Positions 13,650 through 24,749 of a stretch of 64,000 nt of DNA are shown piece by piece. Where the stretch lies: NCBI GenBank assembly GCA_964016885.1, contig OZ024743.1, positions 22,320,001 to 22,384,000 on the forward strand, in the 5' to 3' direction. Below the pieces are notes generated by a model that saw only the letters and a list, made by a program, of their open reading frames with translations, made no database searches and was not told the origin of the DNA. The translations under genes were made by a program, and so were the position numbers. Every line of letters starts with the position of its first letter. Position 1 is the stretch's first letter. Origin of the DNA: Eledone cirrhosa. Its lineage: Eukaryota.

Positions 13650-14420
13650 ACATGTCCCAGAGACAGAAGAGAAAGTCAGATGACACTCTTCCCATACAGT
13701 GTACACAATGTAAATCTTGGGTACACAAGTGGGATAACGGGCAAACCAACAGAAAAGGAAGATTTTGTCTGTAGATGTACATGAGTAATTGAGGGGATGA
13801 GCATCAGTGATATAAACCTCTTTGGGTCAATGGGTCCATAGAAGTGGTTCATAGCTTCTACTATCTAGATGACTTAATTGGCAGCAGAGGAGGGTGTTCT
13901 GAGAGCATAATAGCAAAAATAAGGATAGGATGGAAGAAGTTTAGAGAGCAACTCCCACTGTTTCTTCCTATGTACAACAGGATCACTGTAATACGCCCAT
14001 GTTTGAAGTGTGATGCTGCATGGTAGTGAAACATGGGCTGTGACTGAGTGGGCATGCCGTAGACTGGAGAGAAATGAAGCAGTCATGCTTTGTTGGATGT
14101 GCACTGTAAATGCAAGAGAAAGGCAGAGCTTGGATGAACTGAGGGAAGATTGTGTTGGTACAGACATGTGATGTGCATGGATGATTGTTGAGTCAAGAAG
14201 TGCCTGTGACAGGAAACCACAATAGAGGGAAACTAAAAAAGACCTGAGCAGAGGTGGTGAGAACTGACCACAAATAGCTTAGACACAGAGGAGATGACGA
14301 AGAAACGCGGTGAGTGGAGAGATGCGGTGAGTGGAGAGATGCTGTGCTGAGAAAGACCTATCCAACCCATGCAATCTTGGAAAAACGGATGTAAAAATGA
14401 TGATGATGAGGATGAGGATG
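13650..14420 (+). mobile_element. Decayed RTE LINE 3' fragment
   Basis: Remnants SF.YL.D.I...GGCSE....I.IGWKKFRE and HGSETW; (GAT)n tail. Confidence 0.75.
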
Positions 14421-14680
14421 ACATATTACTATTGTTTTTGTTCCTTAGCAAGGCACATAACTCTGCTTAGTTGAGATTTATTTTATCTGGCCATCATTTT
14501 TATGACAACCTCTCAGATTTATTTTGTCTTGCCATCCTTCAGACTACTTCCTTTGACCATGATTTGGACTGTTTCATCTGACCAGCCTTCAGATTATTTC
14601 ATCTGGACACTCTAGATACACTTCATATACATTTGAACAATGACATCGATTTCTTATACATCATTCTTTGATTATTATTC

Positions 14681-14880
14681 GGTGGATTGGCTAGGGCGGT
14701 GGATTGGCAGTATCAGTAGAGGGTCGGATGGCATGCTTTGGCGCAAAGAGTTACGTCCCTTTACAATCTGAGTTCAAATCCCACCGAGGTTAACTTTGCC
14801 TTTCATCCTTACGAGGTCGATAAAATAAAGTACCAGTAATGTACTGGGTAATTGCTGGCCTTGTGCCAAAAGTAGAAACA
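14681..14880 (+). mobile_element. SINE family 1, full length, about 20 nt from a PDE splice donor
   Basis: A/B boxes and core; flanking duplication attattattc; short duplicated 5' end. Confidence 0.9.
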
Positions 14881-14902
14881 ATTATTATTCTTATTTACTT
14901 AC

Positions 14903-14983
14903 TGTAGAAGCTCTCTTGATTCTTCATTTGACCAATCACAGTATTCTTCTTCATTCACCATATTAAAAAATCTTGCACGATTC
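14903..14983 (-). CDS. PDE11: PDE11-like exon
   Basis: tatag|G AAT...CA|gtaagt, 81 nt, phase 2-2. Encodes NRARFFNMVNEEEYCDWSNEESRELL(Q); phases fit both neighbouring exons. Confidence 0.9.
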
Positions 14984-16111
14984 CTATATTGAAGAGAATT
15001 AAGAGAATTAACACTTGAAATTTAAAAAGAAATATGAATAATATCTGAAGAGTAAACTGTTTCTACATTAAAACAACACACAAGTTTATATTCAGTAAGT
15101 ATTCTATTACTTTATGTAAAACATACATATCTTCTAAATCCCAAGGAGGTTTATAGGTTTATAGGTTAATTACTTGTTCACAATACCAAGTTATTTCAGT
15201 TAACATCACCAGATGATCTAATAAGCGTTCTTGTTAAGACATAGAAGCAGTGAATTTGAACTTCTAGTTTAATGCCATCATTCTTTGGCCATTTTATTTC
15301 TTTTTTTTTTATTGTATTATAGTTTAAAACCAATTAATATAAGTATGTATTATATAGTATACAGTTGTTACAGCCAAGCAGATGACTATGTAGACCTTCA
15401 GTAGCTAGGTATTTTGCTCCTATCAATGTAATATATAAAGGCTCCCTAAATCTCGTAAGAGTTTTTAAGAACCAGTGTTTATCTTTGGTGCCATTGCAAG
15501 GAGTAGACGAGGAAAAATGTTCTATGTCTAAAACACCAGTCTATCACACTTCACATTCTTAGATGATCTATTATCAATTGTCACTAGTTAGGTGAATTGA
15601 GATAGTATTCTATTTAGAAATACATTAAATCTGAATTAACATCATAGATTCAGGTAGTGCACTATAATATCCAATTGACTATTTTCAACACTATATTATC
15701 AACAATGTAAATAAGACCAAGTCAAAATCATTCATACGTATTATAAATTAGCAAATATTTAGGCTATGTGTAGCTGGTTTAGAATAGGTAAACTATATCA
15801 CTGCATGATGTAAGAAGCATCTAAAAGTGTTGGCACCAGGAAAGGCATCTGGCTGTAAAACATTGTCTCAAAATGTCCCATCTAACCCATGTCTGCATGG
15901 AAATGTTGATGTAAAATGATGATGATAAAAATGATGATTTATCAATTAGCAGACTAAAGTTGTCATGTCATACACAACACAGCACCAATGATAGAATTAT
16001 GTATTATAAACCCACAATATATGAATTAAGAAACTGGTACCTCTTTTAAAAATAGTGCAAATATTTTAACATCATAAAGCTATATTTTTACTGTTAGAGT
16101 AGACGAATAAA

Positions 16112-17020
16112 ACAAAACTAGCTAAGACAAAAGTGTTGATTAGTAGAAAAGAGGACAAAACCCTGATTCCGTCAGGGAAATGGCCATGTTCGATATGCAG
16201 AAAAGGAACTGGCATAAATTCTATAAAATGCACACAATGTAGGTCCTGGGTACACAAGAGATGTAGCGGGATAGCAGGCAAACTAACAGGTAGGGAGAAA
16301 TATGTATGCAGTAGATGTACAGGGAAATTAGACAGTAGAAGTCGCACTGATAGACACATTTTTCAAATGCGAGAGGGTGCTATAGAAGTGGTGGATAGCT
16401 TCCGGTACCTAGGAGATCAGATTAGCATGGGAGGAGGGTGTTCCGAGGCCATAGTATCTAGAATAAGGACGGGTTGGAAGAAGTTTAGGGAGCTGCTTCC
16501 TCTGTTGACGAAGAAGGGTTTCTCCCTGCGTACGAAAGGCCGGTTGTATGATGCCTGTGTGAGGAGCGCGATGCTGCATGGTAGTGAGACATGGGCAGCT
16601 ACCGCAGAAGATATGCGACGGCTGGAGAGAAATGAGGCAAGCATGCTCCGTTGGATGTGCAGTGTAAATGTGCGTGAACGACCCAGCATAAATGTGTTGA
16701 GAGAGAAACTGTGTCTGAGAGGGATAGAATGTAGTGTACGGGAGAGGAGACTGAGGTGGTATGGACATGTGATGCGCATGGAGGATGACCGATGGGTGAA
16801 GAAGTGCCAGGAAATGCCAGTTGAAGGAAGACGTAGTAGAGGTAGACCACGAAAAACATGGGCGGAGGTGATGAGAACAGACCTCAGATCATTGAAGCTC
16901 ACGGTGGAGATGACGAGGGACCGTGACAAGTGGAGAGATGCTGTGCTGAATAAGACCCGTCCCACCCTTGCAAGCAGGGAAAAGCGGACGTAAAATGATG
17001 ATGATGATGATGATGATGAT
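16112..17020 (+). mobile_element. 5'-truncated RTE LINE, subfamily A
   Basis: Uninterrupted ORF2 C-terminus (PHD-like finger, F.YLG, HGSETW, RRLRWYGHV, GRPRKTW); 3' end CCCACCCTTGCAAGCAGGGAAAAGCGGACGTAAAA(TGA)n. Confidence 0.95.
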
Positions 17021-17724
17021 AATAAATGTAATGTGGTTCTAATCTTTTTTATCCAACCTCATAAACAGATAGAAATAGAACACATTAAGATTTCAGCATA
17101 AATAGTAGAAAATTGTAATATTCATACTTATCCTAAGGAAATTAAATAAAGCCATTCTAAATAAAAACCAAAATTAGTCCTCATATTGCATTAATCAAAA
17201 ACTTCCACTTGTGCCATGTGGAGTTTAGTTATATGTTATGTAAATATATTATAGTGAAAGCAGGAAAAATCTTGCTGAGGCAGTAAGAAAATTGTATAGT
17301 AAATATGTGATTTATAAAGATAAAATTTTGTCAATCCATCAACATTTATTTCACATATGAAATCCCAGTGAAGGGTCAAGTCTCTCCTCTTACTCACATC
17401 AAACTAGGTTATTCTACTTAAATGCTTTATAAACATCATATTTAAACTAAATGACAGCATGTTGTTAGAACTAATAAAATGCTAGACTAAATGCTGAGAA
17501 TTAAATTGTCAAATATCAAACTGGCTCCATGTTCAAATCCCTCAGGATTTTACTTATTGTCTACCAATGCAAAGTGGTTTAGTCTTAAAGTAAGAAATCA
17601 ATATTCTATTGATTTTATGCAAGTGTGATAAATCAAGTCAATTATAAGAATTCTCTATAAAGATATTCATCAATGGTCCTAATTAGCCATAATAACACAC
17701 TATGTTTGTATGTTTGTGTATGTG

Positions 17725-18945
17725 TCATCATCATCATCATCATCATCACCGTTTTACGTCCGTTCTTCCACGCTAGCATGGGTTAGACGGGTTGTCCTGT
17801 TGTGGGCAGTGTCTGGTCGGCTGACCATGCCTTGCTCATACAGGAACTGATCTGGCTTGATTTCTACAGCTGGATGCCCTTCCTAACACCAACCTCATTT
17901 ACAGTGAGTGCTGGGTGCTTTTTCGTGGCGCCTACACGTCCACTTTACAGTGTGGGCTGGGTGCTTTTTTGCCGTGGCACCTCCACGACCACCTTGCGGT
18001 GGGGGGGGGGTGCATATTGTTTATATGCTTCAGCATGTACCCATGGGAGGTCGGGTACCCTGTATTACTGCGTGACGCCAGAAGTCACGGTCGTGTGTCA
18101 TTGACTTTGAGAGGTGTAGTTGGGTAAGGTCGGCTTTTATCACCTCATCCCAAGTCATCTTGGGTCTCCCCACTCCGCGGTTTCCATCAACTTCTAGTGC
18201 TCTGCACCTTTTTATGCAGCTGTCATCCTTCATACGCATCACATGTCCATACCAGCGTAACCGCCTCTCCTGCACGCAGCATTTGATTCCTCTTATGCTC
18301 AGTCTCTCTCTCAATTCCTTTATGCTTTGTCGTTCACGTATATTACTGTTACACATCCATCGGAGCATGCAGGCTTCGTTTCTCTCTAATCTACGTAAGT
18401 CTTCCACCTTCAGCGCCCAGGTCTCACTACCATGCAACATCGCTGTTCGGATACACGCATCATACAGTCTGCCTTTCATTCTGAGGGAGAAGCCTTTTGC
18501 AGCTAGCAGTGGTAGTAGTTCCCTAAACTTCTTCCATCCCGTTCTTACCCTAGTTATTGTACTTTCTGAGCACCCACCTCCGTTGCTAATTCGGTCACCT
18601 AGGTAGCAGAAGCTGTCTACTGTTTCTACAGGGCCCTCCCAGAGATTGGTGGTACTTGTTTCCTGTGGCTGTTTGCTTGCTGTTTCAGCACAGCTGCTGC
18701 ATGTGAATCCTACATTCTTAATTAAGCTTCCTGAGATCCCGCTACATCTCTTGTGTACCCATTGTTTGCATTTGGGGCAAAGAATGGAGTTCCTACCTAC
18801 ACCTTTCCTACATACTGAGCAAGGCCATTTCCCTGAGGGGATCTGGGTTCTGTTTTCTCGTCTACTTATAAGGACCTTAGTCTTTGTCATGTTGACTTTG
18901 AGGCCCTTTCTCTCTAGTCCCTGCTTCCAGGTTTGGAATTTATTC
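17725..18945 (-). mobile_element. 5'-truncated RTE LINE, subfamily B, with long structured 3' UTR
   Basis: ORF 18030-18890 has the same motifs; 3' UTR contains the GGTGTTAGGAAGGGCATCCAGCTGTAGAAA core and a (GAT)n tail. Confidence 0.92.
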
Positions 18946-18961
18946 TCTATGTGTGTATGTG

Positions 18962-18995
<34 letters not shown>

Positions 18996-19004
18996 TATTC
19001 TCTA

Positions 19005-19073
<69 letters not shown>

Positions 19074-19080
19074 AAAGTAA

Positions 19081-19922
19081 ATTTTGAGGTTTAAACTTAT
19101 CTACTGAACAGGTTTGACTTTGAAATTTAAATATGTATAAACATCATTGCCATTTGGCAGCACAGCTAGTTTTTGTCGATTTATTATTATTATTATTTTA
19201 AATTGATGTGGACGAACTGTGGTAAAATAATTAATATTCTTCAGTCTGGCTAACTTTCTTTTGCAATATAAATACAGATATGTTAGTATCTGTTTCATCA
19301 TATATATTACTCATATATATTACTTTTATACACGGCTCAGGAATATTTCCTTTCGAGCTAATTCCATTGTAAAAGAATTCCTTACACTTAATATAACGGC
19401 TCTTCGTCGAGCTAAAATTCGCCTCATATATACGACTGTTATTTCTAGCAGTACGGTTATGAGACTAGCCTGAATCTGTGAACCCATGTGCGTCACACAG
19501 TCTTTTAAATTATTTAGAAGTGAAGCTTATCAATTGTCTCTGGATGTTTACTGAGGAGCGCAGTGGCATGATATTCCTACACTTATATCCATCTCGAAAC
19601 ATGTTTGGATTTTGAGGTTTAAACTTATCTACTGAACAGGTTTGACTTTGAAATTTAAATATGTATAAACATCATTGCCATTTGGCAGCACAGCTAGTTT
19701 TTGTCGATTTATTATTATTATTATTTTAAATTGATGTGGACGAACTGTGGTAAAATAATTAATATTCTTCAGTCTGGCTAACTTTCTTTTGCAATATAAA
19801 TACAGATATGTTGGTATCTGTTTCATCATATATATTACTCATATATATTACTTTTATACACGGCTCAGGAATATTTCCTTTCGAGCTAATTCCATTGTAA
19901 AAGAATTCCTTACACTTAATAT
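19081..19922 (+). mobile_element. 528-bp period partial tandem (about 1.6 copies); candidate retrozyme or Penelope pLTR-type element
   Basis: 19081-19394 repeated at 19609-19922 with one visible mismatch; (TA)n on both sides; hammerhead-like motifs; no credible ORF. Confidence 0.7.
19546..19610 (+). ncRNA. Type I minimal hammerhead-ribozyme-like motif
   Basis: CUGAGGA (19551-19557), imperfect stem II, GAAAC-AU-GUU; stem I GUUUA/UGGAU pairs only with G-U wobbles. Confidence 0.5.
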
Positions 19923-21049
19923 ATATATATATATATTTATCTGTAACTCTTTACAATTTATACACACAATGCCTTTCCTATTTCTGTCATGTTGCTACAA
20001 TTAGAAGTTTGCTTTTCAATCATAAGGTGCTGGTTCTAACCTTATATTTGTCTGCGTATAATAGTTATTTCATGAAAGTTACTCATACATTTAATCCTGT
20101 ATGTCATTTGTATATACATGGTGATCATTTATCCTAGAAATAAATTACTAAACATCATTCGTATCTTTAATCACTTCCACATGTCAGTAATCAACATAAA
20201 TTACAGAGTTTCTCTAATGCAAGCCATTCATGTGGCAAAATGCATATTTCCGTTTGAATGATTATTCATATATCCTGTTATGATCAACTTTGCTTTTCAT
20301 CCTTTTGAGGTCGATAAAAAAAAAGTACCAGTCCAGTACTTGGGTCGATTCTTCCTCTCTCTGGAAGAAATCTGCTGTACTTAGGCCTGGAGAGGGATGG
20401 GCTCCACCATGCTTAAAATGCCCAAGAAATACCATATGTCAATATGTCACCCCTATGACTCTATCCTGATATACATATGTCATACCAGTTCTGGATTCCA
20501 AAAATGATATACATCATTATTTATGACACTAGAATAAAAGCACATCAGACTGATGACATGGATACAGGTACACATGAGTTTACAATGTAAACAGCATCTG
20601 TTAATTTTAGAAATGTTTAACTGTATAATATAAATATTTTACAACAGTAGTCAATTATTTGTACATTTCTCTTAATTTTCATTTAATCTTTTCATTATCA
20701 TATTTCTAATTTAATTAATGAAGATTCTGGAGGAATTTACTAAAATTATTATTTATTTCGTTATTAAGATAGTATTTGTAACAAAACATTCTTATATAAA
20801 ATTATGTTGGAAGATTTTAATTCAGATAAGAACTGTTTAAACTAGGTTTTATTTCAATGATCCGTAGACAGTTACATAATGGTTGGTATGTCTACTGTCA
20901 ACAAAAAGATTATCTCTGTGAGTAAAAGGTAAATTTGTATGATACTTATGTACATTGCATGATACTAAGACTCATATCCTATGAATTTATAGGATATGTG
21001 AAGGCTAGAAAGAAATGAAGTGAACATTCTCTGCTGGGTGAGTAATTTT

Positions 21050-21412
21050 AATGGGCACATATAACAATGCACACATGGATTGAGAGAAAAACTAGATACA
21101 AGAGGAATCAGATGTATGAAGACTGCTCAGGTATGGTCAGAGAATGTGTATGGATAATGGTAGTTGGATAAAGATAAGCCAGGAGTTCCAAGTGAAAGGA
21201 AGCCATGGAAGAAGAAAGGAAGATATGGGTAGAAGTGATGAAAGCTGATTTCAAGATGCTGAACATGATAAAAGAAATGACAAAGTAACAAAACAAGTGG
21301 TGAGATGTTGTGTTGGAGAGGACTGGTTCAACCCATGCTAACATGGAAAAACCAATGTAATGATGATTATGATGATGGTGAAGATGATTATGATGAAGAT
21401 TATGATGATGAT
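21050..21412 (+). mobile_element. Highly decayed RTE 3' fragment
   Basis: Remnant of the RLRWYGH region, 3' stem-loop and (GAT)n tail. Confidence 0.6.
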
Positions 21413-22272
21413 TTAAAATATTTTCCATAGTATTTTGATTTATGTCTGTTTTGACTATTCAGACACTGATAAAATAAAGTACCAGTAATGTTCTGGAGTC
21501 AGTTTAATCGACTTTCCCCTTTTCCAAAAATTGTTGGCCTTGTGACTATATTAGAAACCATAATTTTCTAATAGCTAAAGCTTTAGCATGCTTTAACAAT
21601 ATGAAAACTTGGCCTTGGTATTCTCAGATGAACAGCTGTCAGAATAACTAAAGACCAAATGGAAAAGATTGCTAGACTTGAAGAGGATGATATAAGATGA
21701 AGTAGAGACCAAGATTTGTTGAGAAGTGTTATAAGATTCTCAAGTTTCACTCCGAAAAAGTTCTTTGTAATATTGACACCAGACGGACACTTTGCAACTG
21801 GTACTTTATTTTATTGATGTTGGAAACGATGAAAGGCAAAGTTGACTGTGGCAGGATTTGAACTCAGAAAGTAGAAAGTGATAACTAAATACCACAAATA
21901 ATTTTGGCTAACACTGAAATAATGACAAGAGGTGAGAGAAATGTAAGGTGTTCAATTATTGATTTGTTTGAAAAGGAATTTGTATTGATGATACAGGTGA
22001 GAAGCAAAAGTGGCATGTAGAGAATTTGAACTCAGAGTACAGAGAGATCACACAAAACACTCCATTTAGTACTCCATTTTAAACAAACTACTACTCTGAA
22101 GGATTTAATTATTATTTAAAGATTATTTATTTGTTTATTTAAAAATAAGTTTTCTTTTATTCTCTATCTCATTAACAAAATGTATGCAATGAATTGTCAA
22201 TTTCATATATTATATTTCTGGATAATCTGTAAATCAAAACCAAAGACATGACAAACAAAAACAATATTTTAC

Positions 22273-22373
22273 CTGAAATATAAAGCCAGATCAGTGGCTA
22301 AAATGGAACCTTCCAGAACTCGGATAATATTTCGATATTCATCTTGACTTATGTTATTAAAGATGTCATTTTC
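22273..22373 (-). CDS. PDE11: PDE11-like exon
   Basis: tttag|GAA...AG|gtaaaa, 101 nt, phase 0-2. Encodes ENDIFNNISQDEYRNIIRVLEGSILATDLALYF(R) with the ILATD motif. Confidence 0.95.
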
Positions 22374-24749
22374 CTAAAGAGGATAAAAGTAAAATTAATA
22401 AACAAATTACAATGAATCAATAAAAGAGAAAATAACAAAGGTCATCAGATTATACAATTCAATACCAACAAACATTCAGAACAATTGAAATATAAATAAA
22501 TAAATACAAGCAACAGAAAGTAACAAGATGAAACCTTCACATAGAAGCTGTCCAATTAGTTGAATCATTAAAGCATAAAACATAAGCCTTGCAATAATTG
22601 TTCTGCTTCTTTCTATCCTGAGTTCAAGTTCTGCTGCTGTTAACTTCACCTGTCATCCTTTTCAGATTGTTAAATAATGTAGCAGTCAATTATTAGGGTA
22701 AGTTCTTCTCACTCGGAATTGTGAGCAGGTTGTGGTAGACCACTTACATGCACCCTTGTCCAAGACATGGACGAGGGTTCAGCTAAAAGAAAGCAACAGT
22801 TTTTTTTTTTTGGGGGGGGGGGGGGGGGTCATCTAATGTGCTACAAAAACTACCCAATGGAATCACAGTATATGTTAGACATATATACTTTATAGCATAG
22901 AACAAGTAAAAAGAAAAATAATGTTCATTTAAATTCAACCATCCATGAAAAGATTTTCTAAGTGGTTTCTTAGCCTGCTAGAAATAGTAGCCAAATATTC
23001 ATCAAATCATACCCTACTATCTTTAAAAAAATAACAGTTAATAAATGAAGAATGCAAAAGTAGATACATTATAAAAATTTATTTGAATTCTATTGTGCCA
23101 CATTCTTGGTAGCAATGTCTTGACTCTTCACTAAAATAAAATGATACGTTTTTTTTTGTTTGATTGGTTTAGTTGTTTTAATACCAAAATATGAAAGAGG
23201 TATTGTAAATGAGATGTGGCAACCTCTGGTAAGTTATGACAGTTTTTGACAATTCTGTCTTGCCTAACCAGGTCCTCTTCCAAAATTGATACTAGACAAT
23301 TACATATTATCTTACATTGTATGGAGATAACATGGTAGGATGATTGTAATCATGTGATTCAAAGTTTGATCATACTGTATAACATCTTGAACAAGTATCT
23401 TTTACAATAGTTAATTCAAGAATTGTGAATGAAACTGGAAATACAAGAAATGTTTGGAAGCCTGCCAGATGGACTGTACCTATAATTCAAAGGGCCAGAC
23501 ATGTTGCATATTATGTCATACTGAATCTCCCCGAGACTTATGTTAAGGGTATGCATGTCTGTGGAATATTCAGCCACATACATGTTAATTTAATGAATAG
23601 GCCACTCTGTTGATTAAACAACTATGATGCTCATTGTTGAAACTGATGAAGGTCCATTTGAAGACATTCAACATTACATCTGCACTAGATAAATATGAAA
23701 ATAATCTACAACTGCTGATACAGAGATGAATTTCCCTTACAGGATATCAAAGCAACTAGAGTTACAACTAAAGCCACACATAAACATACACACACTTAAC
23801 ACTACATAAAGACAACACATCTATCTTCAATTCATGTCCAATGAGAAACCCTGATATCCAATCAGACTGATACCCATCCAGATATTGGATACTGATGTGC
23901 AATTCTGGAATGGATCTGATGTTTATAGTAAAATATAAATACACACATGCTCCAAGATAAATATTTACAAATTATATATATAGACGGACACATTAAAATC
24001 ATTATTAGAGATATGTTACTAATTGTATGACTTTTGTGTGGGTGTATGTACAAACAAACAGACACCATACTCACTGCAAGCAAAGAAACATGACTGGAAG
24101 AATAAATAGAAGGAAAGGCAACTGTAAAGATGATATCAAATAAAATGAATTTGATGTGACAGCTTTGTATCATATTAATGTTGCTGGGAATATAGTTAAG
24201 TCAATTATAATGTTTCAATACAAATAAAAATTGTTATCAATCAAAATTGCAGTATTCTGAATATAAAAAAATTGCACACACGTCTACACATACACACACC
24301 TGCACACATACACATATTCACACAAACATATATATATATAACCAAATGAAACAGATATATGTATATATATAGAGAGAGAGAAAGAGCCATATATCGTATA
24401 AGAAACACAGTATATTGTATAAATACCAAATACATATGCAGGTGGAGTCATAAAAGAAACCTTATAGCACTATTTCATACCTGGAGAGAGTAGATCAAAA
24501 TCAATCTATGTAATCGATCATTGAAAAATCAATCATATATATATACTGTGAGAGAGGGGGGCACAGAGAGAGAGACACACACACACACAAATATGGTAAT
24601 GAGGTAAAGCCATTTGCTTCACAACCACATGGCATTGGGTTTTTGTTTGTCTCTGTGGCACCATAAACAAGCATTTTCTACTGTTGCTTTGGTTTGACCA
24701 ATGTTTGTGAATGAAATTAGGTCGATGGTTGTTATATATATATATATAT

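Noticed and set aside
16409-16965. Antisense ORFs over RTE copies (also 18160-18606, 32169-33314)
   Set aside because: Shadow frames of LINE ORF2.
19101-20004. Duplicated 66-71 aa ORFs
   Set aside because: AT-rich with no recognisable domain; duplicated only because of the direct repeat.
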